The notes under the pieces are model-generated. The model did not search any database. It was not told where the DNA came from and worked only from the letters and a program-made list of their open reading frames with translations. The translations under genes were made by a program, and so were the position numbers. From NCBI GenBank assembly GCA_018815925.1, contig JAHIWS010000017.1, positions 15,285-79,284 on the forward strand: a stretch of DNA of 64,000 nt. The letters are read 5' to 3'. Positions 39,006-49,101 of this stretch are shown here, in pieces. Source of the DNA: Nanobdellota archaeon. GTDB lineage: Archaea; Nanobdellota; Nanobdellia; Pacearchaeales; GW2011-AR1. Within the stretch, counting starts at the first letter, position 1. Each line of letters starts with the position of its first letter.

Positions 39006-39359
39006 TTACACCTTAACATGTATTGTAATAGTATCTACAACAATTTTAGGAACATGCCTAATTCTTTTTTGGGTTTTTTCTTCAACCAATTCAATAAAGC
39101 CAAATCTTTTGAGTAGTTTTATATCATCACTCACAGATTTAAAGCCTCTTCCTAGTTTTTTAGCTAAATCATATATTGAATTTGGGTGTTGAATCTTTAT
39201 TACATGTAAAATACGTGCTTTTTCATTGCTTAATAGCTGTCTTAAAGCTAGAATACCATCAAAATCAAAATCTTTTTTAGAAATTCCTGGTTTTTTTAAA
39301 AGAGAAAACACTCCTTTTGATTCTTTTATTGTTACTTCTCTTGTTTTTGTTGAACCCAT
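39006..39359 (-). CDS. Winged-helix transcriptional regulator (ArsR/MarR-like)
   Basis: 117 aa; HVIKIQHPNSIYDLAKKLGRGFKSVSDDIKLLKRFGFIE HTH-wing pattern. Confidence 0.5.
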   Translation of the reverse strand: MGSTKTREVTIKESKGVFSLLKKPGISKKDFDFDGILALRQLLSNEKARILHVIKIQHPNSIYDLAKKLGRGFKSVSDDIKLLKRFGFIELVEEKTQKRIRHVPKIVVDTITIHVKV

Positions 39360-39872
39360 TTTTTCTTAAATCCCTTGTTTTTATATATCTATTATTTTTA
39401 AATAGATATTTTTAACATATGTTTTATAGTTATATGTTATTTATTAGTATATATTAAGATTAAAAACCATACATTAATAAATGTTTTGTTTTATGGGGCT
39501 TTTAAAATATGTGTTGATGACTTAGTGATAACATAAGCTTTATAAATAAAACCATTAAAAAAGAGTTTTTTTATTATATATAGGAAAAATATATATGTAA
39601 GCTTTATAAAGAAAAATAGTTTTTTGATATTACACTCTTTGAGTGTTCTAATAGGGTATTAGATAAAAAAGGTATTAACCAAAATGTACAATATATTAAG
39701 ATTCATAGAACAATTATTCATGCTTATCCAACCTATAGTTTACCCTATGCTATAGAGGATGTAGTTGTCATAGACAACAGAGGCTAATATAATGAAAAAA
39801 GAGAAATCAAAGATAAATCTTGAATTAACTATATTAGCTTATAGAGTTGAAAGGAGGTTAAAATAAAGAAAT

Positions 39873-42374
39873 ATGAAATTTAATTTTAAAAAAATTTCTG
39901 CAATAGGAAGTAGTTTATTATTAGCTGGTATGAGCATTGCTGCTCCAATTGCTGCTGCAAACTATCCAGCACCTTTTGTTGTTGGAGGTTCAGAAGATAT
40001 CTCAGCACTTGTGTATGGAGCTAATGCTGCTACACTTGATGGTGTTTTAGCAGGTAAAATAAACGAAGATTTGAATAGTTATGTAACCACTACAACTTCT
40101 GGTACTTCAAGTACAGTTACTGGGGGAGATAGTGTTCTAATTGGGAAGTCCAGTGACCATTTAAATCTTGGAAATACCTGGTCTGTTTTTACTGGATCAG
40201 TTGGAGATGATGATTTAAGTTTATTACTTGCTGATGGAACATATAGAGCAAATGATAATGATGAGTTTGACTATGAACAAAAAATCAATCTTGGTGCTCC
40301 CACATTCTCTTTTTTTAGAGATTCAGATTACGAAGATTTGATTGGTGCTAGTGGTAAAACGCCAACACTTGGATTTAGAATCACTTCAAACACGTATATT
40401 ATGAACTATACCCTAGATTTCACAACAGATGTTGAAGATGATAGTGCAGGAGCAACTGACTTGGCAGATATAGAAGGAAGTGACTTAACTATCTTAGGTA
40501 AAACATATTATGTATCTGATGCTAAGAATGGTACTTCAAGTAGTGTTGCAGGTAAATTTACACTTTTAGACTCAGCACAGATTGGAACAGTTAGTGAAGG
40601 AGAGAGTGTAACTATCTCTGGACATGATGTTAGTATTTCCTACATGGACAATAATGAGGTTAAATTCATTGTAGATGGGAAAGATGTTCCTTCAAGTGGG
40701 AAACTTACTGCTGGAAGTAGCTATAAGTTAGATGATGGTTCATACATTGGAGTAAGAGATATAAGTAAACTTGAAATCCAAGGAGAAATTGGGACTGCTT
40801 CATTTAGTATTGGGTCAGGAAAATTAGAAGTTACTTCAGGATCTGAAGTAAAACTCAACGATGATACTATTAGTGGTGTAAGAGGATGGATCCACAAAGG
40901 AACTGCATCTGGAGGAGTTGAAAAAATAGACAAGATTGTTCTTGAATGGAGAGTTGATGGTGAAGTTTTTATAACTCCTGAATCAGAATTGATATTACCT
41001 GGTTTTGGATCTATTAAGTTTTCAATGAATTCTATCATGAGAAATACAGAAGAAAAAATCACTATTGATAGAGATGGAGATACAAGCATTGAATTAACTG
41101 CTCCAATAAAAGATGGAGATGTTAGTATAAATCTTCTTTATTCAAATGCTTCAGGAGATTGGATTGGAATTGGAAAAGACGCTACAAATAGGTTAGCAAC
41201 AGATGGAGATAGGACTCTTACTTTCATCCAAAAAGTTGGAAGTGAAGATTACCATGAAGAATTTGTTGTTTCATACAATATAACTGGCGAAGCACAATCT
41301 TATTTAATGAAAGCAAAAATTACAGAAGATAAAACTGCAGGAAGAAATGAAACAGAACTTTTGAAATATGCTAATGGAGCATGGGTAACTGTTTGTAGTG
41401 AAAAAACAGCATTAGATACATGTGATGTTGGGGATGTTACTTTAACAATTAATTCCTTAATGTCCAATTCTTCAGATAAAAATGTGTCCTTAACAGGTAG
41501 TGCAAACACTAACTTTTATACACTTTTTACTGCAGGAGGACTTAAGATAATTCTTCCTTATACAAAAGCAACTATTTTAGCATCAACAGCTGATTATGAA
41601 AAAGGTGCTTTAAATGTTACTGCTGGAAATGTAACTGGAAATAATGAAATAGAGTGGTATTTGCACATGGAAGGTGAAGACAAGGATGATAATATTGGTT
41701 CTGGAACTGGATTTAGTTTTACATTAACTTCTACTACTGCAAACAAAGTACATGTTTCTGCTGTAAACACTACTGGAGGTGGAGCTGGTTCAGGAACAGG
41801 AGGATTAACTGGTCTTGAATTAGAAGAGAGCAATAACTATTACAATTATGTGATAGATGATGTGGCTCCTAAGATCATCCATTATACAGGTGGTGATGAA
41901 GATTATGCAGAAGTATATTATCCTTCAGGAGATTCTGAAAGTTATGCAGAAGTTTTCTTAGCTGAAGTTGGTGCTCAGATTACTGCTGGAAGTGTTGGAA
42001 GTTCAGGAGGAACCTCTTTCGGATATCTTGTGGTTTCAGATAATGAAGTGGCTTCTGTGGCTAATAAAAATATAATTGTGGTTGGTGGAACTTGTATTAA
42101 TTCTGCTGCTGCTAAAGTATTAGGTGTTGCTACAGGAACTTGTGGAGCTGAATTTACAACTGCAACTGGTGTTGGAGCAGGACAGTTCTTAATACAAAGT
42201 GTTGAAGGAGCTTATACTGCTGGAAAGATTGCATTGGTTGTTGCTGGATATGAAATGGCAGAGACACAAATGGCTACAACATACCTAACAACTCAGAAGC
42301 CGGATGTAAGTGCTGGTAACAAATATACAGGTACATCTTCTACAAGTGCTACTCTTGTTACAGAAACAGCTTAG
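39873..42374 (+). CDS. Secreted S-layer-like glycoprotein candidate
   Basis: Signal peptide MKFNFKKISAIGSSLLLAGMSIAAPIAAA; 833 aa, Thr/Ser/Gly/Asp-rich, many N-x-S/T sequons; preceded by a 500-nt AT-rich leader and followed by an oligo-T terminator. Confidence 0.55.
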   Translation: MKFNFKKISAIGSSLLLAGMSIAAPIAAANYPAPFVVGGSEDISALVYGANAATLDGVLAGKINEDLNSYVTTTTSGTSSTVTGGDSVLIGKSSDHLNLGNTWSVFTGSVGDDDLSLLLADGTYRANDNDEFDYEQKINLGAPTFSFFRDSDYEDLIGASGKTPTLGFRITSNTYIMNYTLDFTTDVEDDSAGATDLADIEGSDLTILGKTYYVSDAKNGTSSSVAGKFTLLDSAQIGTVSEGESVTISGHDVSISYMDNNEVKFIVDGKDVPSSGKLTAGSSYKLDDGSYIGVRDISKLEIQGEIGTASFSIGSGKLEVTSGSEVKLNDDTISGVRGWIHKGTASGGVEKIDKIVLEWRVDGEVFITPESELILPGFGSIKFSMNSIMRNTEEKITIDRDGDTSIELTAPIKDGDVSINLLYSNASGDWIGIGKDATNRLATDGDRTLTFIQKVGSEDYHEEFVVSYNITGEAQSYLMKAKITEDKTAGRNETELLKYANGAWVTVCSEKTALDTCDVGDVTLTINSLMSNSSDKNVSLTGSANTNFYTLFTAGGLKIILPYTKATILASTADYEKGALNVTAGNVTGNNEIEWYLHMEGEDKDDNIGSGTGFSFTLTSTTANKVHVSAVNTTGGGAGSGTGGLTGLELEESNNYYNYVIDDVAPKIIHYTGGDEDYAEVYYPSGDSESYAEVFLAEVGAQITAGSVGSSGGTSFGYLVVSDNEVASVANKNIIVVGGTCINSAAAKVLGVATGTCGAEFTTATGVGAGQFLIQSVEGAYTAGKIALVVAGYEMAETQMATTYLTTQKPDVSAGNKYTGTSSTSATLVTETA

Positions 42375-42415
42375 TAAATCAAATTTAATTTTTTCTTTTT
42401 TCTTTTTTCTTTTTT
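42375..42415 (+). terminator. Oligo-T transcription terminator downstream of the S-layer-like gene
   Basis: TTTTTTCTTTTTTCTTTTTTCTTTTTTT tract immediately after the stop codon (archaeal poly-T termination signal). Confidence 0.5.
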
Positions 42416-42491
42416 TAGGATATATTGGAAATCTAAGAAACCTCTTGAATGGTTAAGCAAAGTTTTTATACTCTTTATCATAAAAGAAAAT

Positions 42492-43073
42492 ATGAGAAAG
42501 ATAAACTTAAAAAATAAGAAAGAAAAGGACAAACGAACAAAACAATTTCTTGTAGGAGCCATTCTTATAGCTATAATGTTTTTTAGTGTTTTAGGATATT
42601 CTTTTAGTGGAAAAGACCAAAAAAATACAAATAAGGTGGTTTATAATGGATTTGAATTCACAAAACAAGATCCTTACTGGATTTCAGAAAAAGAAAGTTT
42701 AAAATTTGTTTTTACATATAATCCTGAAGAAACTTCTAGGATTGATTCATATTTAAAAGATTTAAATAATTATTATGGAAAACCTCTTTATATTTATTCT
42801 GATGCTGATGAATCAGAATTAGAAATTTATAGAAATCTTGATCCCAGAAATAATCCTATTGTTCAAAGAATTCAACCAGCATGTTTAGAAGAGCAGAAAT
42901 GTGAAGGAGATTTACCTATTAAAACTTGTGAAGATAATTTTATCATAATTAAAGAAGATAATATGACCACTATTGTGCAGGATAATAATTGTGTATTTAT
43001 TCAGGCTTCTAAAGAGGATTTAACAAAGATTACAGATGAATTTTTATTTAAACTATTTAAAATAGTGCAATAA
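42492..43073 (+). CDS. Secreted/anchored hypothetical protein
   Basis: N-terminal signal anchor FLVGAILIAIMFFSVLGYSF; 193 aa, Cys-containing. Confidence 0.45.
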   Translation: MRKINLKNKKEKDKRTKQFLVGAILIAIMFFSVLGYSFSGKDQKNTNKVVYNGFEFTKQDPYWISEKESLKFVFTYNPEETSRIDSYLKDLNNYYGKPLYIYSDADESELEIYRNLDPRNNPIVQRIQPACLEEQKCEGDLPIKTCEDNFIIIKEDNMTTIVQDNNCVFIQASKEDLTKITDEFLFKLFKIVQ

Positions 43074-43104
43074 ATCTTATAAACTAAAAAAATAGAAAAG
43101 AATA

Positions 43105-43767
43105 ATGGAATGGAAAAGAGATAAAGAAGAGGAGAACAAAAAAGAGCTAGAAGAAAAAATAAAAAATAACTTAGATATTGAACAAAATAAAACTCTAAAA
43201 AAAATTTTTGTTTTTCTTGGTGTTTTTATACTAATTATAACTTTATGGGTAATTTTTATTAATTCTACTAAACATTTTGAGTACAGAGGTATAACAGGAA
43301 ATGTTATTAAAGAAGGAGAACTAATTTTTTATCAAACTACTGTTCCAATGAAATATCAAGGAGAGTGGGTGGATTACAATATTTTTTTAAGAAATAGTCC
43401 TAAAAGTTTGGAGAGGATTCCTTTTGATGGAGAAATTAATTTATTACATAATATGGTTTTAGAAAGTGAGGAAGAGTTTTCATGTGATGGAAAAGGAATT
43501 ATTTCTATTGTAAATTTAAAAAATTTATATAATGTAGTAGGGACAAAAGTAATAAAAGATGAAAATGCAACCTGTGACCCAGAAGGAAGATATATGTTTT
43601 TAAGAATTCAAAATGGAGATGTGACAAGTATAGAACAAGTAGGTCCTGCCTGTTACAACCTTAATGTTAACAATTGTGAAATTTTAGAAGTAACAGAAAA
43701 ATTTATGGTTGAAACTCTTGTTAAAGCAAATGAGATAGTTAATGAAAATAAGGAAAATTTTTCTTAA
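43105..43767 (+). CDS. Secreted/anchored hypothetical protein
   Basis: N-terminal charged region then anchor IFVFLGVFILIITLWVIFI; 220 aa. Confidence 0.45.
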   Translation: MEWKRDKEEENKKELEEKIKNNLDIEQNKTLKKIFVFLGVFILIITLWVIFINSTKHFEYRGITGNVIKEGELIFYQTTVPMKYQGEWVDYNIFLRNSPKSLERIPFDGEINLLHNMVLESEEEFSCDGKGIISIVNLKNLYNVVGTKVIKDENATCDPEGRYMFLRIQNGDVTSIEQVGPACYNLNVNNCEILEVTEKFMVETLVKANEIVNENKENFS

Positions 43768-44386
43768 TTTTTTTCTTTTTCAAGATTATATAAACTAATA
43801 TTGTTAGTAAAGAAAAAAATAAGAGAATAAGAGTCATAAAATTCATGTTCTGATAAATCCACTCAAGATTAGTTCCAAAAACATATCCAAGATAAATTAA
43901 AACTAGAGCCCAGATTCCTGCTCCTAATGCAGTAAAAAAAGTAAATTTAAAAAAATTCATTCTTGAAAATCCTGCTGGAAGAGAAATTAGTTGTCTTATC
44001 ATAGGAATAAGTCTTCCAGCAAAAGTTGTGATTTCTCCGTGTTTTTTAAAATAAAGGTCTGCTTCACTTAATTTTCTTTTATTTAAAAATAAAAATTTTC
44101 CATGTTTTGAAATAAGATAATCAACTGTTTTTCTCCCCAGGAAAAAGGCTAAAAAGAAATTAATAAAAGCCCCAATCAGACTTCCTAATAATCCTGCAAA
44201 AAAAACAAAGAAAAAATTCATTTCTCCCCTAGCAATAAGTGCTCCTGCAGGAATTAAAATAACTTCACTTGGAAAAGGAAAAAAAGAACTTTCAATAGTC
44301 ATCCCCAAAAAAATACCTAAGTAACCTAAATTTCCTATAAAAGATAAAATACTTTCTATTAATTGAGATATTATTTCTAAAACCAT
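43739..44386 (-). CDS. DedA/SNARE-associated (VTT domain) family membrane protein
   Basis: LGYLGIFLGMTIESSFFPFPSEVILIPAGAL motif typical of DedA family. Confidence 0.65.
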   Translation of the reverse strand: MVLEIISQLIESILSFIGNLGYLGIFLGMTIESSFFPFPSEVILIPAGALIARGEMNFFFVFFAGLLGSLIGAFINFFLAFFLGRKTVDYLISKHGKFLFLNKRKLSEADLYFKKHGEITTFAGRLIPMIRQLISLPAGFSRMNFFKFTFFTALGAGIWALVLIYLGYVFGTNLEWIYQNMNFMTLILLFFSLLTILVYIILKKKKIKKNFPYFH

Positions 44387-44387
44387 T

Positions 44388-44921
44388 TTATTTTTTTAAT
44401 AGGGATTTAGAATATAAAAACTTTACATCTGAATAAAAAGGAATTTCTTTTATCTTAAACATTTTTACTTCTGTGAACCAGATTCCAATAACAAAAACAA
44501 TGCTTATCAAATACCAAAATAATTTATGAGTTATATCAAACAAAGAAGAACTTGTCACATTCAAAACATCCAATAAAAAAATCCTTAAAATATTTAAGAT
44601 TAAAAAAACTACAAAAGCAAACAAAATCATTTTTATTCTTTTAGAAAATTTTATTTGTGGAACAGAAAGATTAAATATAAGCAAAAGATAATAAGCAGAT
44701 CCTGCAACACAAGCAGGAATTAAGGTTATAGAGGATTCTCCTATTATTAAAATATTTTGGATAATTAAAATATCAAAGAATATATCCAATAAGAAGTAAA
44801 CAGGATAAATTGTAAGTGGAGTAAATATAAAATACAAAACATTTATTCCAACCCCCAGGGCAATCAGAATTAGGTATCTTGTTAAAATGCTAAATATACC
44901 TCTTTTCCATACCATTTCCAT
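44388..44921 (-). CDS. Archaeosortase/exosortase-like polytopic membrane protein (candidate)
   Basis: 177 aa, about 5 TMs, conserved-looking ITLIPACVAGSAYY Cys motif and later Arg residues; adjacent to a surface protein with C-terminal TM and basic tail. Confidence 0.35.
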   Translation of the reverse strand: MEMVWKRGIFSILTRYLILIALGVGINVLYFIFTPLTIYPVYFLLDIFFDILIIQNILIIGESSITLIPACVAGSAYYLLLIFNLSVPQIKFSKRIKMILFAFVVFLILNILRIFLLDVLNVTSSSLFDITHKLFWYLISIVFVIGIWFTEVKMFKIKEIPFYSDVKFLYSKSLLKK

Positions 44922-44970
44922 ATATGCAAAAGAAAAATATTATTTAAATAGTTGACCCTTAGAGTATTAT

Positions 44971-45267
44971 TTAAAAGTCACAGCTATCATTATAAGTTCT
45001 TCCTTTTAGTGGGCCTTCTAATATTGTTAAACTATAATCTACTGTTTCACTACCGCTTTTTAGAGTATAAGAAGAACAATCATATTTAACTGTTTTACCT
45101 AAAAGAGCTGCCTGAAAAGGAAGTAGACTAAAATCAGAATTAGTTTCAAAAGGAAACTCTACTTCTAATTTATCACCTTCTTTTTTTTCTATATCAAAAG
45201 TAAAAAATCCGTTGTGAATACTCCCCAAATCAACTACTTTTCCTTCAACTGTTGTATGATGTGTCAT
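44971..45267 (-). CDS. Hypothetical protein
   Basis: 98-aa ORF between archaeosortase-like gene and surface protein gene. Confidence 0.35.
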   Translation of the reverse strand: MTHHTTVEGKVVDLGSIHNGFFTFDIEKKEGDKLEVEFPFETNSDFSLLPFQAALLGKTVKYDCSSYTLKSGSETVDYSLTILEGPLKGRTYNDSCDF

Positions 45268-45285
45268 TTTTATATAATTAAAGAA

Positions 45286-47196
45286 TTATCTCTTAGCAAC
45301 TCTTACTGCTACGATTATGATTATAATAACAAGAATTATATTTAATAATCCAATTCCCCATAGATATGCATTGCCTCCACCAATAATTCCTCCAGTAATT
45401 CCTGCAAAACCTGTCTTTTCAATTGTAACAGAAGCAGGTTGACTTAAAATCAATTTATTGTTTGAAGTAACATCAATATAAAAAATTTGTTCCCCTGAAA
45501 TACCTTTGTTTACTATAAAAGTAAATAATGCATCTCCTGAATCTCCAGGAGCTAAAACAAGTGTTTTAAGGTTAACATCTGTTAATTCAGCCCAATCAGA
45601 ATACCCTGAAACATCTAATCCATATGCTGCTAAAACATCACTTGGGTTGGTTATTGTCGCTCTAACTACTAATTCTTTTCCTGCTTGACCTCCAGATTCT
45701 AATTGTGCAGTAACAAGAACATTCCCTACATCTGGAGTACTAACACTTTCTCCTTCTATTATGATTGGAAACCTAAATAATGCACTATCTTCTTCTTCAT
45801 CAGTTTCATAAAGATTATCATCATCATAAACTCTAAATTCAATATAATAAGTTCCCTTTTTTGCATCTCCTGGTATTTTTATAGTTGCTTCTAATTTTTC
45901 ACTATCAAATTCTTTTACCTCTCCAATAGTGATTTTTTTGTTTATTCCTAAACTACTCTCAGAAATGAATACCATAACATCATCTTGATCATTGTCTCCA
46001 ACATTCCAAACATCTGCAGTTAAATGTAATTCACTTCCTGGGGAAATTGTTGATTCTTGGATATTAATATCATCTAAAATAACAAAATTATCATCAGTTA
46101 TTACTTCTACTTCTTGAGAATCCCAATCACAAGTGTTTTCATTATCATATTCATCAGCATCATTATCATTTATTTTTCCTGTTGCTTTAACATAAAAAAT
46201 TGCATTTTCTCCTTTAAAATCATCTATATTTTTATTTAATTTAAATGTTATAGTAATTGTTTTATCATCATTGTAATCAAGATTAAAATTACTTTCATCT
46301 CCTTTCATTATTCTTTTACCATCTGTTGTATATAATTCCCATTCAATTTTTATTTTATCTATATCCCAGCTTCCATCAATATCTACATCTGTGTCAATTT
46401 CTATTTCATCAAAAAGATACCAGTATGAGTCATCATCTCCAAAACCTTCTTTAACATTTATTTGATCTATTGTTATGTCTAATTGCCCTGGATTTGGGTT
46501 ATCACAAAAAGAACCTATTGTGTTAACTCTTTCTGAGGCAGTAGTTGTTCCAGAAGTTGCAGTAACTGTTACAAAATTTGAGCCAAAATTTAAATTACTT
46601 AAGTCACTTGTTATAGTAATTATAACATTTTGGGATGCTCCAGCATTTAAATTAAAATTATTTGTATTAAAAGAAATATCAAAATCACTTCCAGATTTAA
46701 CTAAAGAAATTCCTGTTAAAACAGTGTTTCCCTTGTTTGTTATAGTCATAGTTCCTGAATTGCTTCCTTGTGATATTGTTAAAGGAGTAATTGAAAGAGA
46801 AGGAGAATCATTAATAGTAATTGTTGAAAAAGTTAAAGAATCAGTGTCTGTGGTATTAGTATCCTTTACAATAATTTCAGCATCATTAATGCTCCCTGAT
46901 GCATGTTCATTGATTTTTAGTGTTGCTGTTAAAGATAAATTATCTCCTGCATTTATAGAAGTTATTTTTGGTAATGATGTCCAAGTAGCTTTTGCAGGAT
47001 TAATAGTGTCTGACCAATCAAGATTTGTATAATCAGCATCTGATTCTAAATTAAAACTAATTGTAATTTCAGTATTATGCTCTGCTGTAGAAGGTACAGT
47101 AACTTCAGTTAAAGTTAAAGTAGCACTAGCAATACCTATAAATAAGAAAAGTACAAATATACTTAGACTATTCAAAACAATTGATTTTGTTATCAT
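45286..47196 (-). CDS. Cell-surface protein with N-terminal signal peptide and C-terminal TM anchor (sortase-type sorting signal candidate)
   Basis: Signal peptide; 636 aa, Thr/Ser/Asn/Asp-rich repeats with many sequons; C-terminus GGGNAYLWGIGLLNIILVIIIIIVAVRVAKR (Gly-rich linker, TM, basic tail). Confidence 0.55.
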   Translation of the reverse strand: MITKSIVLNSLSIFVLFLFIGIASATLTLTEVTVPSTAEHNTEITISFNLESDADYTNLDWSDTINPAKATWTSLPKITSINAGDNLSLTATLKINEHASGSINDAEIIVKDTNTTDTDSLTFSTITINDSPSLSITPLTISQGSNSGTMTITNKGNTVLTGISLVKSGSDFDISFNTNNFNLNAGASQNVIITITSDLSNLNFGSNFVTVTATSGTTTASERVNTIGSFCDNPNPGQLDITIDQINVKEGFGDDDSYWYLFDEIEIDTDVDIDGSWDIDKIKIEWELYTTDGKRIMKGDESNFNLDYNDDKTITITFKLNKNIDDFKGENAIFYVKATGKINDNDADEYDNENTCDWDSQEVEVITDDNFVILDDINIQESTISPGSELHLTADVWNVGDNDQDDVMVFISESSLGINKKITIGEVKEFDSEKLEATIKIPGDAKKGTYYIEFRVYDDDNLYETDEEEDSALFRFPIIIEGESVSTPDVGNVLVTAQLESGGQAGKELVVRATITNPSDVLAAYGLDVSGYSDWAELTDVNLKTLVLAPGDSGDALFTFIVNKGISGEQIFYIDVTSNNKLILSQPASVTIEKTGFAGITGGIIGGGNAYLWGIGLLNIILVIIIIIVAVRVAKR

Positions 47197-47280
47197 TTTG
47201 TTATCATTTTTGCGTTACTATGGTTTATAAAGTTTTCTATGTTTTAACATATAGTTTATAGAAAAAATATAATTTAAAGT

Positions 47281-48123
47281 CTAATCTTTATTTTCTTGAC
47301 GAAGCTTTATTAATTCTTTTTCATAATTTTCTATTCTTTTTTTGACAGCATCAATTTTTTCTTGTTTTTTACTTTTTTCTTTATTTTCACCTGTTTCCTT
47401 AATCTTTTTTATTTCTTCTTTAACTTCTCTTATTTTATCTTCTGATTCTTTTATTGTTTTTTCAAGATCATCAATTTTGTCTTGTTTTTTGGCTTTTACT
47501 TCACTTAATTTTCTTACTTTTATTTCTTTAGGTTCTTTTTCTAATTTGTATTTTGTTATTTTTGAAGTAATAAAAACAATAATTAGTAGAGCAAAGATTC
47601 CAACAATAAAATAAAATATTTTACTTGAAAAAACATTTCCAATAACAAAACCAGTAATAGCAGCACTGTTTTGACTATTTTCATCTTCTATTAAAATTTC
47701 ATCTTCTATTGTTTCATTTTCAGGTTCTTCTGTAATATTGATTTCATTGTTTGGAGTTTCAATAAATTCAAAGTAAGATGGGGCTCTTTCTATGTAGATT
47801 TCTTCTCCTGCTGCATTCTTTAGAAACATTTCTGGATTTAATGTCCAGGTTACTTTTTCTCCATCTTTTTTAATAAAGAGTATTAAATTAAATTCAGGCT
47901 CATTAGATAAAAGAGTAAAATAGCAATCTCCATATTGATTTGATATATTTTTAAAAACCTCTATTTTGCCTTCACTTGGAGAAAAACCAATCTTATAAGT
48001 AGTTATTTGTACTTCGTGATAAGGCATTGTTTTTATTTTTATTTCAGTAGTATATGCACTCACAACCTGAAATAATAAAATAAATACTAATAAAGCTAAA
48101 ACTAATTTACCTCTTTCTTTCAT
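47281..48123 (-). CDS. Membrane protein with extracellular N-domain and K/E-rich cytoplasmic coiled coil
   Basis: Signal peptide, central TM FYFIVGIFALLIIVFI, C-terminal coiled-coil KEIKVRKLSEVKAKKQDKIDDLEK... Confidence 0.45.
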   Translation of the reverse strand: MKERGKLVLALLVFILLFQVVSAYTTEIKIKTMPYHEVQITTYKIGFSPSEGKIEVFKNISNQYGDCYFTLLSNEPEFNLILFIKKDGEKVTWTLNPEMFLKNAAGEEIYIERAPSYFEFIETPNNEINITEEPENETIEDEILIEDENSQNSAAITGFVIGNVFSSKIFYFIVGIFALLIIVFITSKITKYKLEKEPKEIKVRKLSEVKAKKQDKIDDLEKTIKESEDKIREVKEEIKKIKETGENKEKSKKQEKIDAVKKRIENYEKELIKLRQENKD

Positions 48124-48222
48124 TTTTAAACCAGTATTTTTTTATTTATAAAGTTTTTTACATTGCAAAATAAGGCTTCTCAAAACATTTATATATTTCA
48201 GAGTCTTTAAATTTATAATAAA

Positions 48223-48615
48223 ATGGCTTTAAGATCTAATGAAAATTCTGCTGGTGCATGGGCTTTTTTAATAGGAGTTATTCTTGCAGTGGTTATTGGA
48301 TTAAGCACATCATCTTTTCTTTCTATAGAAAGCATAACAAAATATAGTTCTCAGATTTATGCTATTCTCATAATTTTAGGTTTTTTTGTTGGTTTTTCTA
48401 TAAATGTAGGTGGTAAGGATTCTCAGAGTTTTTTATTAGCAGGAGCTATTTTAGTCGTTGTTAGTAAATTTGGTATGGAGAGTGTTGTTGGTTCTTTAAT
48501 TGGAATAGGAATTGGATCCACAGTTTCTTCAACTTTTGCAGCTCTTTTAGCTTTGTTTGTACCTGCAACAATAATTGTAGCCCTCAAGACTGTTTTTTCA
48601 CTGGCTAAGGTTTAG
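48223..48615 (+). CDS. Small polytopic membrane protein, hypothetical
   Basis: 130 aa, 3-4 Gly/Ala-rich TM helices. Confidence 0.4.
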   Translation: MALRSNENSAGAWAFLIGVILAVVIGLSTSSFLSIESITKYSSQIYAILIILGFFVGFSINVGGKDSQSFLLAGAILVVVSKFGMESVVGSLIGIGIGSTVSSTFAALLALFVPATIIVALKTVFSLAKV

Positions 48616-49101
48616 AAGTTATTAGGATTAAACAATCTATCCTCACAGCCAATGTAAACTTCTAAAGCAAAAATAAGAAAGGAATAATTACTTAGTTTTT
48701 TAGAAATTTTTAAAAAACCAAGAATAATGTAAGATTATGGAAATTATAAATAATATGGAATTACTTTCTTCAATAAAATTTAATATTGTAATAGATAATA
48801 CTAAATTAAAACAATTTGAGGAGGTATTCCAATAACATTGAAAAGTGTTGCAGAAGTTTTAACAAGATCCCTTCCAAAACTGGGTGCAACCTCTGCAATA
48901 GGAGGATCTAATTCAAGGGATTATAAATTATATGCTTCAACAATATATATTATTGGAAATGAACAAAATGGTTATCACTTAGCCCCTAAATTTCCAAATA
49001 TTTCAGAAACCTATATCTCTTGTGGAAGATTAATTCCAATAAAATAATTCTTACCCTTTTTATTTCTAGGTGATTCTAAAAAACAAAAAACTAGATAATT
49101 T

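Noticed and set aside
46475-47032. 185-aa plus-strand ORF, plus 45506..45688, 40721..41089, 41300..41509 and 41594..41833
   Set aside because: Antisense within the large surface-protein and S-layer genes. No independent support.
48838-49047. 69-aa plus-strand ORF
   Set aside because: Isolated, no motif, weak context. Likely spurious, though not antisense to anything.
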